Assembly (NCBI GenBank): GCA_043228905.1
Contig: JBHGNT010000011.1
Coordinates: forward strand, 15,314,001 to 15,378,000
Length of the DNA stretch: 64,000 nucleotides
Direction: 5' to 3'
Source: Azolla caroliniana
Lineage: Eukaryota; Plantae; Polypodiophyta
Both the position numbers and the translations under genes were made by a program. Shown here one piece after another: positions 52,833 through 64,000 of the stretch; the stretch's first letter is position 1; each line of letters starts with the position of its first letter. The notes under the pieces are model-generated. The model saw only the letters and a list, made by a program, of their open reading frames with translations, was not told the origin of the DNA and ran no database searches.

Positions 52833-54499
52833 TGTCTAGTGTGATTGGAAACAAACTCTCTCAAATGTGAAGAAAAAACACCTGCATGAATGGTGAAACC
52901 CACTTACTAAAGAAATTTAGCAGCTTTCACTTATTAAAGAAAACAAACAAATCATAATACATGGAAGAAGCATCTGTATCAATGACAACATCCACATAAA
53001 CATATAAATATTAGCAATTTAGTTTATCAAAGAAAATAATATAAATTGCAACCTAGTAGGAAACTTATTGATTATAACAAGAAAAAAGGATGTTGTGAGA
53101 AATAAAACCTGAGAATAGAGGAGTAACGTGTTGACAATAAGAAGGAAACACTAATTCCTATGACAAGTCATAAGAGTACCAGATTGCACTGAAAAGTCAC
53201 AGAATGGATTAAAAACAAAGAAAAGAAAATTTCTGCTAGTGATAAGGGAAGCCCTGGTTTGTTTTAGAAATCAACCCACCCCTAGCTTATTTAAGTACTG
53301 AAAATATAAGCATCAGATTTCCATGAGAAACTAATTTACGGAACTTTTGTCGTGATGAGAAAAGACTAATGTTATGAAGGAAAATACAAAAGATGGAAAC
53401 AATTACACATTTTTCGCCTTGAATTGAATTATGAAGAGACAGTTTCAAAGTATTACATTATTGTGCAGGAAATTAATGGAAGAAATCTATAGGTTGCATT
53501 GAACACATGAAAAAGAGATGGAAAGAAAGTAAAGAAACAAGCAATTGTATACCTTTAATTGATGGAAATCAAATCATGGAATAATCTAAATAATGAACAA
53601 GAATAAAAAGAATCAACATCAATATTGCATCAAAAAGATGAAGAACAGAGAGAATCAAAAGTAAATGCTAAAAACATGCACAAAAAGACGGTTTTTGAAG
53701 AATCATATCAGTGTACAGGCATTCATGGAAGCAATATTAAGACTGCATCGTAAAGATGAAGAAGAAATGGAAGCGAAGCATAAAATTATACCATTATTCT
53801 CCATGTGAAACAATACATGGATACATGAGGACATGGGAACTGATTACACTCAAGAAACCCTTCAAAACCAGTTCTCTTAAGGAAAACAAGGATTAAGTCC
53901 TAGATAGTATACAGGAAAATGAAGCACCAGATTGCATTAGAAGAAAAAGAACACATATCAATTTTTCTTTGAAATAAAAACGATCATAACCTCTACAAAA
54001 ATCGGTTCCACATAGACGCACATGAGTTTAATATTTCAAAAAAAAAAAAACAAGAAATGGAAGCAAATTTACTAAAGAAGAAATAAAAACCGGAATGCGA
54101 ATGGAATAGAAACAAACTCCTATGAGTAAATTGGAACTGCTTGTTTTTTTAACGCAAGAACCATATGGAAATTTAATGCATTGAAAGATCAAGAAATGGA
54201 TTAAATAGAAGAAAACGAAAATCAGCTAGTTTTGAAAGAATCGTTCCTATACAGGAATGAATGGAAGCAACATCAGACTTTGAATTGAATTGGAAAATGA
54301 TCATTAATTGATGTAATGAATGGATCGGGAGCTAAGGACACAGAACCGTTACCATGGCATGATGAACATCAGAAGCGGAGAGATCAGTATCATTATGTGA
54401 GATCAAAATTACTTACCTATGTTCTATCATGGAAGAGATCCGCCGGCGCTAGTGCATATATAGCTTGAATGAGAATTTCGTAGATCTGATCCGCGAAAA

Positions 54500-54943
54500 C
54501 AAGAGAAGAGAAGAAGATGACGATGACGATGAAGATGAAGATGAATGACAACGAAGGCAGAATGCGGAGAGAATATGGCGAGGAAAAGGAAACGACGGGA
54601 AAAATGCACCTTGATTGTCGGAGAAGAAGAAGGAGAGGTGGAGAGAGACAGAAAGATAAAGAGACAGACAGAAGGGGTGGGGATAAAGAAGAAGAAGAAG
54701 AAGAAGAAGAAGAAGAAATGAAGGAGAAAGAAGAAGAAGAAGAAGAAGAAGAAGGCACAGAGAGAGAGAGAGAGAAAGAAAGAGAGAGAAAGAAAGAGAG
54801 AGAAGAGGAAGATTTGATTTTAATCTATTTATTTAACCAGAAGAAGACCCTTTTTGCTGGTTTTCATGAAACTCCTCCCCTCCTTAATCTTCATCATCAT
54901 AAGACAAGAAAGAAAGAAGAAGATGAAGAAGGCATTGGAGAGT

Positions 54944-54979
<36 letters not shown>

Positions 54980-54995
54980 GGAGAGAGTCTCTCTC
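54500..54995. repeat. (GAA)n/(GA)n/(TG)n microsatellites in the SH3P 5' UTR/promoter
   Basis: Directly visible; forms a CT-rich leader on the minus strand. Confidence 0.9.
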
Positions 54996-55453
54996 TATGC
55001 AAGGTTCATGTTCATGTCTCGGCCACGGGTCCACGTGGTGCAGAGCTGGTTAGGTGTCTGGACACTTGCAATAAGATGTAGCACAGTTTGGTAAGATGAC
55101 CACTTGCAATTGTAGAAGTAGCACTAGAGTTGCTCAGGTTCTCTAGATTCTATGACTTCGGACACTATTGTCTACTATGTGAAGTTTGAACCACAAAGAG
55201 AGACAGAGACGGAGAGAGCTCTAGCAGGAGAGCATCGAGAATTCGAGAAAATGAAGAGTGTTTAGAAAATCAGGGAAAATACAAGGATGACAGAGGAGTT
55301 TCTGTTTCTAGGGGGGGGGGGATTCAACCAATGGGACCAAAGGAGATAATGTGGAATCGGGCAATATATGTTGTGGACGTGCACCTCCATACACATCCTA
55401 ATGTAAGGCTTGTGGCTTGGGTTTTAGCCAACTATAATTTCCCTGCCCATCAT

Positions 55454-55832
55454 GGTTTATATATGCCCACAATATAATCTTCCAGCTCGACTCCTTTGTC
55501 ACCGTATTCATCCATTTTGTTTTCAAAAGAGTCTAATTCAATACCAAACAACCTCTTCGTCCAAATGTTAGTCGACTTCTTTTATGGTTCTTCGTATATC
55601 CATCTAACATCACTAGGGAAACTCTAGTCTCGTTGGGTTTATATATGCCCACAATATAGTCTTCCGACTCAACTCCCTTGTCACCATATTCATCCATTTT
55701 GTTTCAAGTTGATGATAATGAGTTGTTTTCGAAACAGTCTAATTCAATACCAAACAACCTCTTCGTCCAAATGTTAGTCGACTTCTTTTAAGGTTTTTCG
55801 TATATCCATCTAACATCACCGGGGAAACTCTA
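55454..55832. repeat. Tandem duplication, about 182 bp x2
   Basis: GGTTTATATATGCCCACAATAT at 55454 and 55636, both ending GGGAAACTCTA. Confidence 0.9.
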
Positions 55833-57468
55833 TACTCAAAGAGAATGTGGTTAAGCAATTCATTTGGAGTAGATGTTTTTTTGGTTGGCACCCAACGTCT
55901 TACATAACATATTATTATTAAGTGGTCACATTGAGAGAGGTAAATAGAGAGAAACTCTTCGAGAAAAGAGTTAGAAGACTTTAGAGGGACAACATTAGAC
56001 GAAATTATGGTACATGAACTTTCAAAGTCGGGAGAGAGAATTACACACAAAAATGATTCAAAAGATGGTGGTCCATGAAAATACTTTTTGAATCTTCATA
56101 CATGACATCTAGACTTCTAGAGTTTCTAGATAATAATAGAGACTTTACTCTTACAATTTGTCTCTTGGAAAGATCTACAATATCTTGTCTCAATTCTTAG
56201 TTTGATAAAAATATTTTCTCAAACCAAAATTGGTAAACTTTTTTGTGTTTCCAAAACAAACCAAAGCTATATCCATAAAAATAGCTTAATTAAAAATCTC
56301 TACATATATATATGAAGACTTGGATTGGCACACATGCCAATAAGTTGAAATTAGGTTTATGGAGACCCTTGTTAAGGTTAGACTTGCATGCACACAGAAG
56401 GAAAGTTAGTAATTGATTAGTTGGGCTTACATACATGTATTCTAATTATTTTGTAAGAGAATACCTCATAAAATTTTATTTTAAGGTCGGACTCAAAATT
56501 TCAAGTGGAAAGATGTTTAAAATGCCAAAAAAGATGGATTAGCAATGAAGTCACAAAGCAAAGTCATGTTGGCAATGATATACTCAAATTCACAACAATC
56601 AAAATGGAGGAAGTTGTCCCTTACAATATACATATATATATGCCGGGAGAAAATGTTTGAAGTTTTGATATTGTGGCTAGATGTGTAATGAAGCAAGAAG
56701 GAAATTAGTGTATGATGAGGTGTTTGGATTTCCAATAATGCAAAGGTGGATTTCTATGTTGTAGATATTGCAAAAACAATTACGAGGAAAAGGCATATTT
56801 GACGGCATCGAATTATAGGTTGAAGCTATTGTGATAAAATGACTTAGTTTTGAATGGTAAGAGTAGATTCACCATGAAGCAAGAGGAAAACCATATATTA
56901 GTGAAGTGCATGATTTATTGAAGGTGGGTAAGGAAGGATTCACAACGAAGCAAGAGAGAAAGCCATCTCTTGATGAGGTGGGTGAATGAGTTTCATTGGC
57001 AACGAAGCATGAGGTGGAGCTTTATATTTAAAATGATGGCCAATGAGGAGGTGGACCTAGTAAGCCATAGACATGGCAATACTTTGTCTTTAATTTTCAA
57101 TCCTAAGGTTGGATTTACAATGAGATCAAGAACACCCATGTGTCATGTGGTAGGATGTAGGGTATTATTAATTGTTTTTTGCAAGTCCCTCTCTCTATAG
57201 AGAACACATGACAAAACTTTGGCATACCTAATGAACTCCAAACTACACTATTATGAATGTATAAGCAAGTTCAATGTTAAGAATGCTATATGTTTTTCCC
57301 AATGATTTTGAGAGTATTATTGGGGCATAAAACAAGTGTCCCTATCATTCCCTATACCAATTTATGCATATACCACTTAGAAGATTTCATCATGCTAGTA
57401 GCACGAAGTAGGATTTGACAATAGTTCAGTTTCAGCTTAACCCGTTTGGCCTTGTCCAAACCAAACGG

Positions 57469-60400
57469 TGTCGCGTTATTATGCACGTGCGTGGAGAAAG
57501 GCGGGACCACGGGGGTCTTGGACTAGGGAGTGACAGAGCGTAGGAAGTCGTGTCTTCATCGTTTCCAGGGCATCCCAGAAGCACACCGGAAGCAACCGAA
57601 GGGAGAGAGAGAAAGAGAGGGAGCGCGCGCTTGACGCCGACTCACGCACACACACACACACACAGGCCGACCCGACTCACGCCCTTATGTACAGGAAACG
57701 TAGGAAAAGGGGAAGTACCCGACACCAACAAAGACACCAATATACACAGACAGACGCAAATGTATATATATAAAAGGAGGAATACACTCGCGGCTTCGAG
57801 CCGGACCAAGGTAGGTTACAGTAGTCGTCGACTGCCAAGCCGCAGGTCGGGAGCTCACGGGCTTGTCGCGCCGAGCGGGGTCTTGCGCAGGAGACGAGCT
57901 GAAGCCAAACCTAAGCGAACACGAAGGGGGAGAAGAAGAAGAAGAAGAAGAAGAATAACTAACCCTAAATCTAACGGTATACCCTCTAACAAAAAATGGG
58001 CAACCCTTTCACAAAGGGCACTCCCTTCCTTTTATAGAACAAGGAGAGGGATGCGTTACAATGTGGGATAAATCCCGACTACATGGGATCGTCTGTCCCG
58101 ACTTGACTACTCTTCGGCGCCATAAAGGTGCCCTCGTTATTCACACTAAATGTACAAGGGTGAGCACACACATGCTGCCCCCGCCGATGTAGCCAATGTT
58201 TCCCGGTTTCCGCCTCTGGCCGAAATTCTTCACGACATCTGCCCCCCACCAAACCGCACGTCCACCGGTACGTGCCAAATCCGGTGAAGGGTGAGAGATT
58301 TTGGCCAGTGAGAAACCGGTCTTCCGTAATCCGCATTCCAGCTCGCTGCCGGTTTGGTCCGTCGGCTTCGGTTCTTCCTTTGCGCTTACCTCCCCGTAGG
58401 CTCGTTCGACCCGTCGATGGGTCCTTCACCGCGATCTCCGTAGTACGCGTACTTCCGCTGGCCCTTGTTCGGCCATATGAACGCCCCGCTCTCCGTCGTA
58501 TGCCCGATGTCCTCCGCTTGAGGAATGCCCGTAGTGGCCCGCTTTGCCTTTCCCGTTTTGCGCTGCTGCATCAGGTCCTGAGTCTTCCGCTTGTCGTCAT
58601 CCCCTCGCCCCACCAGCTTATCATCTCGGGCTTGCCGTGTCAATCTTCGCTACTCTGACTACCGAGATCTACGAAGCGAGTGTGGAGGATCCTCCTCCGG
58701 ACTCCCTTGTCATCCCTTGACTCCGACCCTGTGCAGTCCACTATGCACTCGTCACCTCGTTCCCGGCACCTCCCTTGTGCCGCCTTCCGCTTCCTTTGTT
58801 CGGCTCCACCCGTGCCGAACACCGTCCCGTAGTCGTGCTTCGATCTGGCCCGCGATGGCCACTTGCGAGACTCTTGTTCCGTCCCAGGTGTGCCTTTCCG
58901 ACGTGACACACCTCCCCGTGTTTGCCCCTACCGGCTCCTTCCGAAACCGTAACCGGCCGGTGAGGGTTTCGCACTTCGTCCGCCCGTCTTACCGGCTTCT
59001 TTGTCGATGCCGGGTCCCATCCCTTGCCGCCACCTTCCTTCTCCCTTGGTCTTATGTTGCCACGTTGGCCGAACAGCCGAAGTATCCGGAACCGGTGTGA
59101 AGATCCCATAGGACCGGTCTTCGTTTCGTCACTTGCCGAAATCCGGGTGTCTTTTGTTTGAGTCCCTCCCGGACTCTCCTCGTGTCTTCCGCGTAGTCGG
59201 GTCCCGTTTCCTGCAGCCACCAACCTTCTCTCTCGGTCTCATGTTGCCATGTTGGCTGAACTGCCGGAGTCTCTGGTTAGGTGTGGGGATCCCGTAGGTC
59301 CGGACTTCCTTACGCCCACTCAACCCGCCGGAAGGTTTGACATGGTCCGTAGCCGCCTTGCCGGCCTCATACCTCCTTGCCATCTTTCACCTCCTATCGT
59401 CCGATCACGTTCTCCTACCGCCACCGATCTCCCCTATAGGACTCACGCTGGCTCTCGGGCCGATCGCCGGATCGGTGTGAGTGTCTTCGTGGGACTTCCC
59501 CTTCTGGCTTCGGTTGCCCGCATTGCTGCCGCCACCGTTCCTTACTCTAGGTCTCACGCCTCCTCTTGTCGTTGGCTGCCGGAGTCTCTAGAATCGGTGT
59601 GTGTAAGGTTACAGCTGCACCACTCTGCCTTCGCCATCCTCTCCTGTTGGTCACGTTCACCTGCCGCCACCGTCCTTTCCTATAGGACTCACGTCGACTC
59701 TCGGGCCGACCGTCGGATCGATGTGAGGATCTCCCTAGACCACCTATCCGTAGCCCTTTGCCTTCATCCCCTCGCCGCCACCGTTCGTCACTTTAGGCCG
59801 ACCGATGGCTCTCGGGCCGACCGCCGGTTTCTATAGAACCGGTGTGAAGGATCCTCCTCGGGCTTGCCATATCTCTGACCCTTATCCTGGGTCTTCCTTC
59901 TTTCGTAAGTCGAGAGGGTGGCTCGCCCCACACCCTCTCCTGTGGTACCGACGTACCGTGTTCCCGGCCTCTTCGTAGGCCTGCTCTCTCCCTCCCTCCC
60001 GGAACGGTTTTCCGGAAGTCCGTTTCGCCCGGTTCTCGTCCGGGTCCGTTCGTCCTTCACCGGATTGCCGGGTCTTGATCTCCTGTCGCCACCGACCTCT
60101 CCTATAGGACTCACGCCGGCACTCGGGCCGACAGCCGGATCGGTGTAAGGAACTCCATAGGACCGGCTTCCATTCTCCTGTACTTCTCCCGAACTCGTCG
60201 TCGCTCTCCTTGTTGCGATCCCGCCTCCATCTTCCATCTCTCTCCCTCGGTCTTATGTTGCCACGTCGGCCAAACTGCCAAAGTCTCCAGATAGGACGTG
60301 GGGTAACCGATTTTACAACGTCTTTCGACGACTCGTCCGGGCCACCGCCCCTTTTTGTGGTGTCGGTGGATAGCATCCGCTCTGTGATCAATCAAGCCCG

Positions 60401-62828
60401 CCTGAGCTTGATTCTTCAATGTCCGGAGTTTCGGCTCTGATGCCGATCTTGCCAGACTCTTTCCGAACCTTTGATCACCCTCCTTCCAACTCTCGACCTT
60501 CGCCCGGTTGGTCTTTCTCCCCATGTAAAAGAGGGCAGCTCGTCCTGCACCCTCTCCCGTATCGGCACCTTTATGCCGAATCCGGCCCCGATCGAATTAT
60601 CCACGACCGGATCACGCTCCACCCGTATCGGAGCGTCGCGTGGTTCGGTACCCGGTCGGGTCGTTCCTTGGTCTCCTCGTCGACCCTTTCGCTGGCCATC
60701 TCCCATCCATCTTCGTTGGCATCGTGCCAGGACTCCTCGGTACTGCCATCCATCTCCTCGGTCTTACATGGGCATACGGGCCCGAATGCCGAGTTCTCCG
60801 GAATCGGGTCCGTGGGCTTTCGTCCGCTCCTTCCCTGTATCGTCTCGCCGGTGATTCTTGGTCTCTCGCGGCCGCTTTCCTCCTCTTGGGACTTATGTGG
60901 GCACTCGGGCCCGACTGTCGTCGTCTCGGGAGCAAGCGTGAGAAGACGCAAAGATTTGCCCATCCGTTTTACGCCCTTGTCCGTAGCCACCGATCGCGGT
61001 CGGCGGTCGTCTCCTTACCGATCGTGCAAGCCCCGCCTGGGCTTGCTTCCCCGATTTCCGGGGTTTCGGGCTGACACGCCCGAAACCGCTGGCCCCAACT
61101 ATCCGGTTCCGCGATCTGTATCTCAGCCTCGTCCTTGGCCGTTCTATCTCCGCAAGTCGAGAGGGCGTTTTGTTCTGCACCCTCTCCCGTGGTACCGTGG
61201 TACCAATCTTCCGCCATCGCGTGGGGCAAGTCCGTCTCCTCAGTCTCGGCTTGCGGCCTCGGTCTTTCCTCTTCCTCGAGCATCGCCTCGAGAGCTGCGT
61301 ACGCCTCCGCAATCCGGGCTTCAACGCTGACCCTTGCCAACTCCCTTTGCCGTTCCGCCTCTTCCTGCTGTGATGGCATGCCATCGCGCGCCTTCCTCTT
61401 AGCCTTCTCGGCTCGCTCATCATCTAGCCGTTGGCACACCCTTCTGACCTTCGACCAGTCCTTCGTAAGCCCATTCGCCTCGTCATCGTCTTCGAGCTCA
61501 ATCCCGATGACCTCCCGTTCCGCTCGGTCGATCGACCTGACGAACAATAGGACCTTGTCCGCCCCCACCAAACCTTGTTCCCGCTCCAGGAGCTGAGCAA
61601 GCCGTCGCTCGAACTCTCGGAACGCCTTGGTCGCGCCTCGGTGGGTCTTTACCGATGCTACCCGCTGGTCGAAGTTGTGTCATCCCCGGTTCTTCCGCCG
61701 TCTCTGTATGCCTTCAGGAGCGCCTCTTCGAAGGCCTCCCACGAACTATGAGCCTCACGGAGCTCTTTTACTTCCGCATGCATCCGAACAACTACGACCC
61801 GATAGAAGAACTCCAGCCTCAACGCCTCGTCTACGCCGCGCTCCTCCATTTCCGCGTTGTAGGCTTCCAAGTAAGATGGGACTTTGTCCCCGTTGAAATG
61901 GCCGACTCTTTTGACCACTCGCTCAATCGCTTGTTGCGCTGCTTCTTGCCTCATCACCACTCGTGCTGACTCCAACACCACTTCGGCCACCATCTCCGCG
62001 AGGTTGTCGTCTTCCGACTTCATCCTCCCTTGCCGCCTTTCACGTCGGGTTCACCAAAGATGTCGTGTTACTACGCGCGTGCGTGGAGAAAGGCGGGACC
62101 ACGGGGGTCTTGGACTAGGGAGTGACGGTGCGTAGGAAGTCGTGGCTTCACCGTTTCCGGGGCATCCTAGAAGAACACCGGAAGCAACCGAAGGGAGAGA
62201 GAGAAAGAGAAGGAGCGCGCACTTGACGTCGACTCATGCGCACACACACACACACACACAGGCCGACCCGACTCACGCCCTTATGTACAGGAAACGCAGG
62301 AAAAGGGGAAGTGCCCGACACCAACAGAGACACCAATATACACAGACAGACGCAAATGTATATATATAAAAGGAGGAATACACTCGCGGCTTCGAGCCGG
62401 ACCAAGGTAGGTTACAGTAGTCGTCGGCTGCCAAGCCGCAGGTCGGGAGCTCACGGGCTTGTCGCGCCGAGCGGGGTCTTGCGCAGGAGACGAGCTGAAG
62501 CCAACCCTAAGCGAACACGAAGGGGGAGAAGAAGAAGAAGAAGAATAACTAACCCTAAATCTAACGGTATACCCTCTAACGAAAAATGGGCAACCCTTTC
62601 ACAAAGGGCGCTCCCTTCCTTTTATAGAACAAGGAGAGGGATGCGTTACAATGTGGGATAAATCCCAACTTACATGGGATCGTCTGTCCCGACTTGACTA
62701 CTCTTCGGCGCATAAAGGCGCCCTCGTTATTCACACTAAATGTACAAGGGTGAGCACACACATGCTGCACCCCGCCGATGTAGCCAATGTTTCCCGGTTT
62801 CCGCCTCTGGCCGAAATTCTTCACGACA
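57469..62828 (-). mobile_element. Non-autonomous gag-only LTR retrotransposon (5.36 kb), GC-rich
   Basis: LTRs at 57469-58237 and 62061-62828 (TGTCG...CGACA); 4-bp TSD ACGG; PBS at 62056-62039 complementary to the plant tRNA-Trp 3' end; PPT GGTGGGGGGCAGA at about 58250-58238; gag-like ORF from 62023. No PR/RT/RH/INT motifs seen. Confidence 0.92.
60969..62023 (-). pseudogene. Frameshifted gag-like ORF of the pol-less LTR element
   Basis: VGHFNGDKVPSYLEAYNAEME...LEFF...WEAFEEALLKAY, then after a frameshift near 61690 FREFERRLAQL...KVLLFVRSID...LEDDDEANGLTKDWSKV. Resembles capsid-type gag of retroelements from non-seed plants (recall). Confidence 0.7.
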
Positions 62829-63166
62829 ACGGGTTAAGCTTTAACCAGTTTGGGAGTTTCCGAACTTGAACAGAACTTGTTCCTAAACTAGTTAAGGCTA
62901 ACTAGGTTTAAGGAATCGGTTTAGCCAAGCGATTAAGCTTTAACCGGTTTGATTTAGCTTGAGCTGTCTGAAACCTATCTCAAACCAATTAAGGAAACTC
63001 AAGTTTAAACCTGACTGCCAAACTGTTTAAAATGGTCTAATGGTTTAGTTCAAGATTGAGCCAAGCACTACCGATTATCAACACGAAGTGAACAACATTC
63101 AAAACCAACCTTAGGCCAAATTTTTGGTTACATTGCCTCCGTACATGCAAAACACATTTCTTAAAG

Positions 63167-64000
63167 TGTTGAGAATCAAGCTCAACTTAGTCTAGTGTGT
63201 GAACTCACCTTGAGAGTGAATAGACACTCCAACGGTCAAGAGTCACCATTATGTCACCTCTTTGTATTCTAGCATTTAGTATGAGTCATAGAATCATATT
63301 CTATGACACATAACTTATGAGCTTTCACATTCCCCATGCTCCATGAGTCTTGTAGTTACTGAAGAGAGAGGGTGACTATATAAAGCACCCTCCTCCCACC
63401 TTGTATTTAGTTGAGTCTTTCTCCTTTGTTAATACAATCTACCTTGCGTATTCTTTGTGTTATTCTTTGTCTCTCTCTCTCACTCTCTCTCTCTCATACA
63501 CACACATAACTCACATCTCTTCCGCTTCACAAGAATCATATCTGATTCTTTACATGGTATCAGAGCGAGGTTGTTAGCTCGATCTAGCCCATTCGCCTCA
63601 TCGTGATCGTGTGTTGTGCTCCACGCCGACGACTAAGAACCGGCTCAATACTATCGTAACTTCGCTACATAGCTCGCATTCGAAGAGAGAAGAAGAAGAA
63701 GAAGAATCGACATAATGAATACTCAAATGGGGAGCGCTCTCCCTACCAAGAAGTTGGATCAAAACAACTTCGTATCATGGGAGTACAAGATGCACCAATA
63801 CCTTGTCGGACAAGGCTATTGGAGCTACATCAAAGGAGCGCATGAAGACCGACCCGCTGAAGCGGCTCCCGGATACGCGACATGGGAGCAAGCCGCGTGA
63901 TGTATTGCTTGGCGACATGTGTTCACGATCACATGCTTGGCTACATCCGCGAAGCCAAGACGCCGAAGGAGGCATGGGAAAATCTACGAAAGATTTTCGC
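63167..64000 (+). mobile_element. Ty1/Copia element: 5' LTR, PBS and start of a frameshifted gag, truncated by the window edge
   Basis: LTR TGTTG(63167)...TTACA(63554); PBS-Met TGGTATCAGAGC at 63555; gag KLDQNNFVSWEYKMHQYLVGQGYW and, after a frameshift, IREAKTPKEAWENLRKIF. Confidence 0.9.

Larger units (their letters stand above)
57410..63081. mobile_element. Possible degenerate non-autonomous DNA transposon (MITE-like) that was the insertion target of the LTR element
   Basis: Flanks rich in GGTTAAGCTTTAACC/AAACC motifs join across the LTR element, and CACGAAGT occurs at 57402-57409 and 63082-63089. TIRs are poor. Confidence 0.3.

Noticed and set aside
54417-55081. Poly-Glu and poly-Ser ORFs
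   Set aside because: Produced by GAA/GA microsatellites in the SH3P leader and promoter.
58272-61596. Many overlapping plus-strand ORFs (e.g. 60419-61330, 303 aa)
   Set aside because: Expected by chance in GC-rich sequence antisense to the element; no recognisable domains.
57469-62828. Retrozyme (non-autonomous LTR element with 4-bp TSD and hammerhead ribozyme)
   Set aside because: No CUGAnGA/GAAA hammerhead core was seen in the LTRs on either strand by eye; the element is much larger and encodes gag. An Infernal scan would confirm.

Overview
Eukaryotic, AT-rich land-plant genomic DNA. PPR style, retroelement types and gene structure suggest a non-seed plant such as a fern (inference). Six protein-coding genes could be reconstructed by hand from GT-AG splice sites: an intronless PLS-E PPR gene (+, 549-2852), a 3-exon tetraspanin (-), a small 'MEGLIP' family ORF (-), an 8-exon O-fucosyltransferase-family (GT106) gene (-), an 8-exon UBC13/UBC35-type E2 (+) and a 10-exon BAR+SH3 (SH3P2-like) gene (-). 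Mobile elements include two 5'-truncated LINEs with candidate TSDs, an old Copia carrying a younger Copia and a solo LTR, a Gypsy remnant, an intronic hAT MITE, and the start of another Copia at the right edge. There are also many local tandem duplications. The most notable signals are: (i) a 5.36-kb pol-less LTR element (57469-62828) with a tRNA-Trp primer site, a 4-bp TSD, a gag ORF and an internal array of degenerate repeat modules; (ii) an intact O-fucosyltransferase-family gene lacking the invariant HLR arginine; (iii) a UBC13 with a rewired N-terminal helix; (iv) a small conserved peptide gene bracketed by inverted homologous repeats. All family assignments come from motif recognition; no searches were run.
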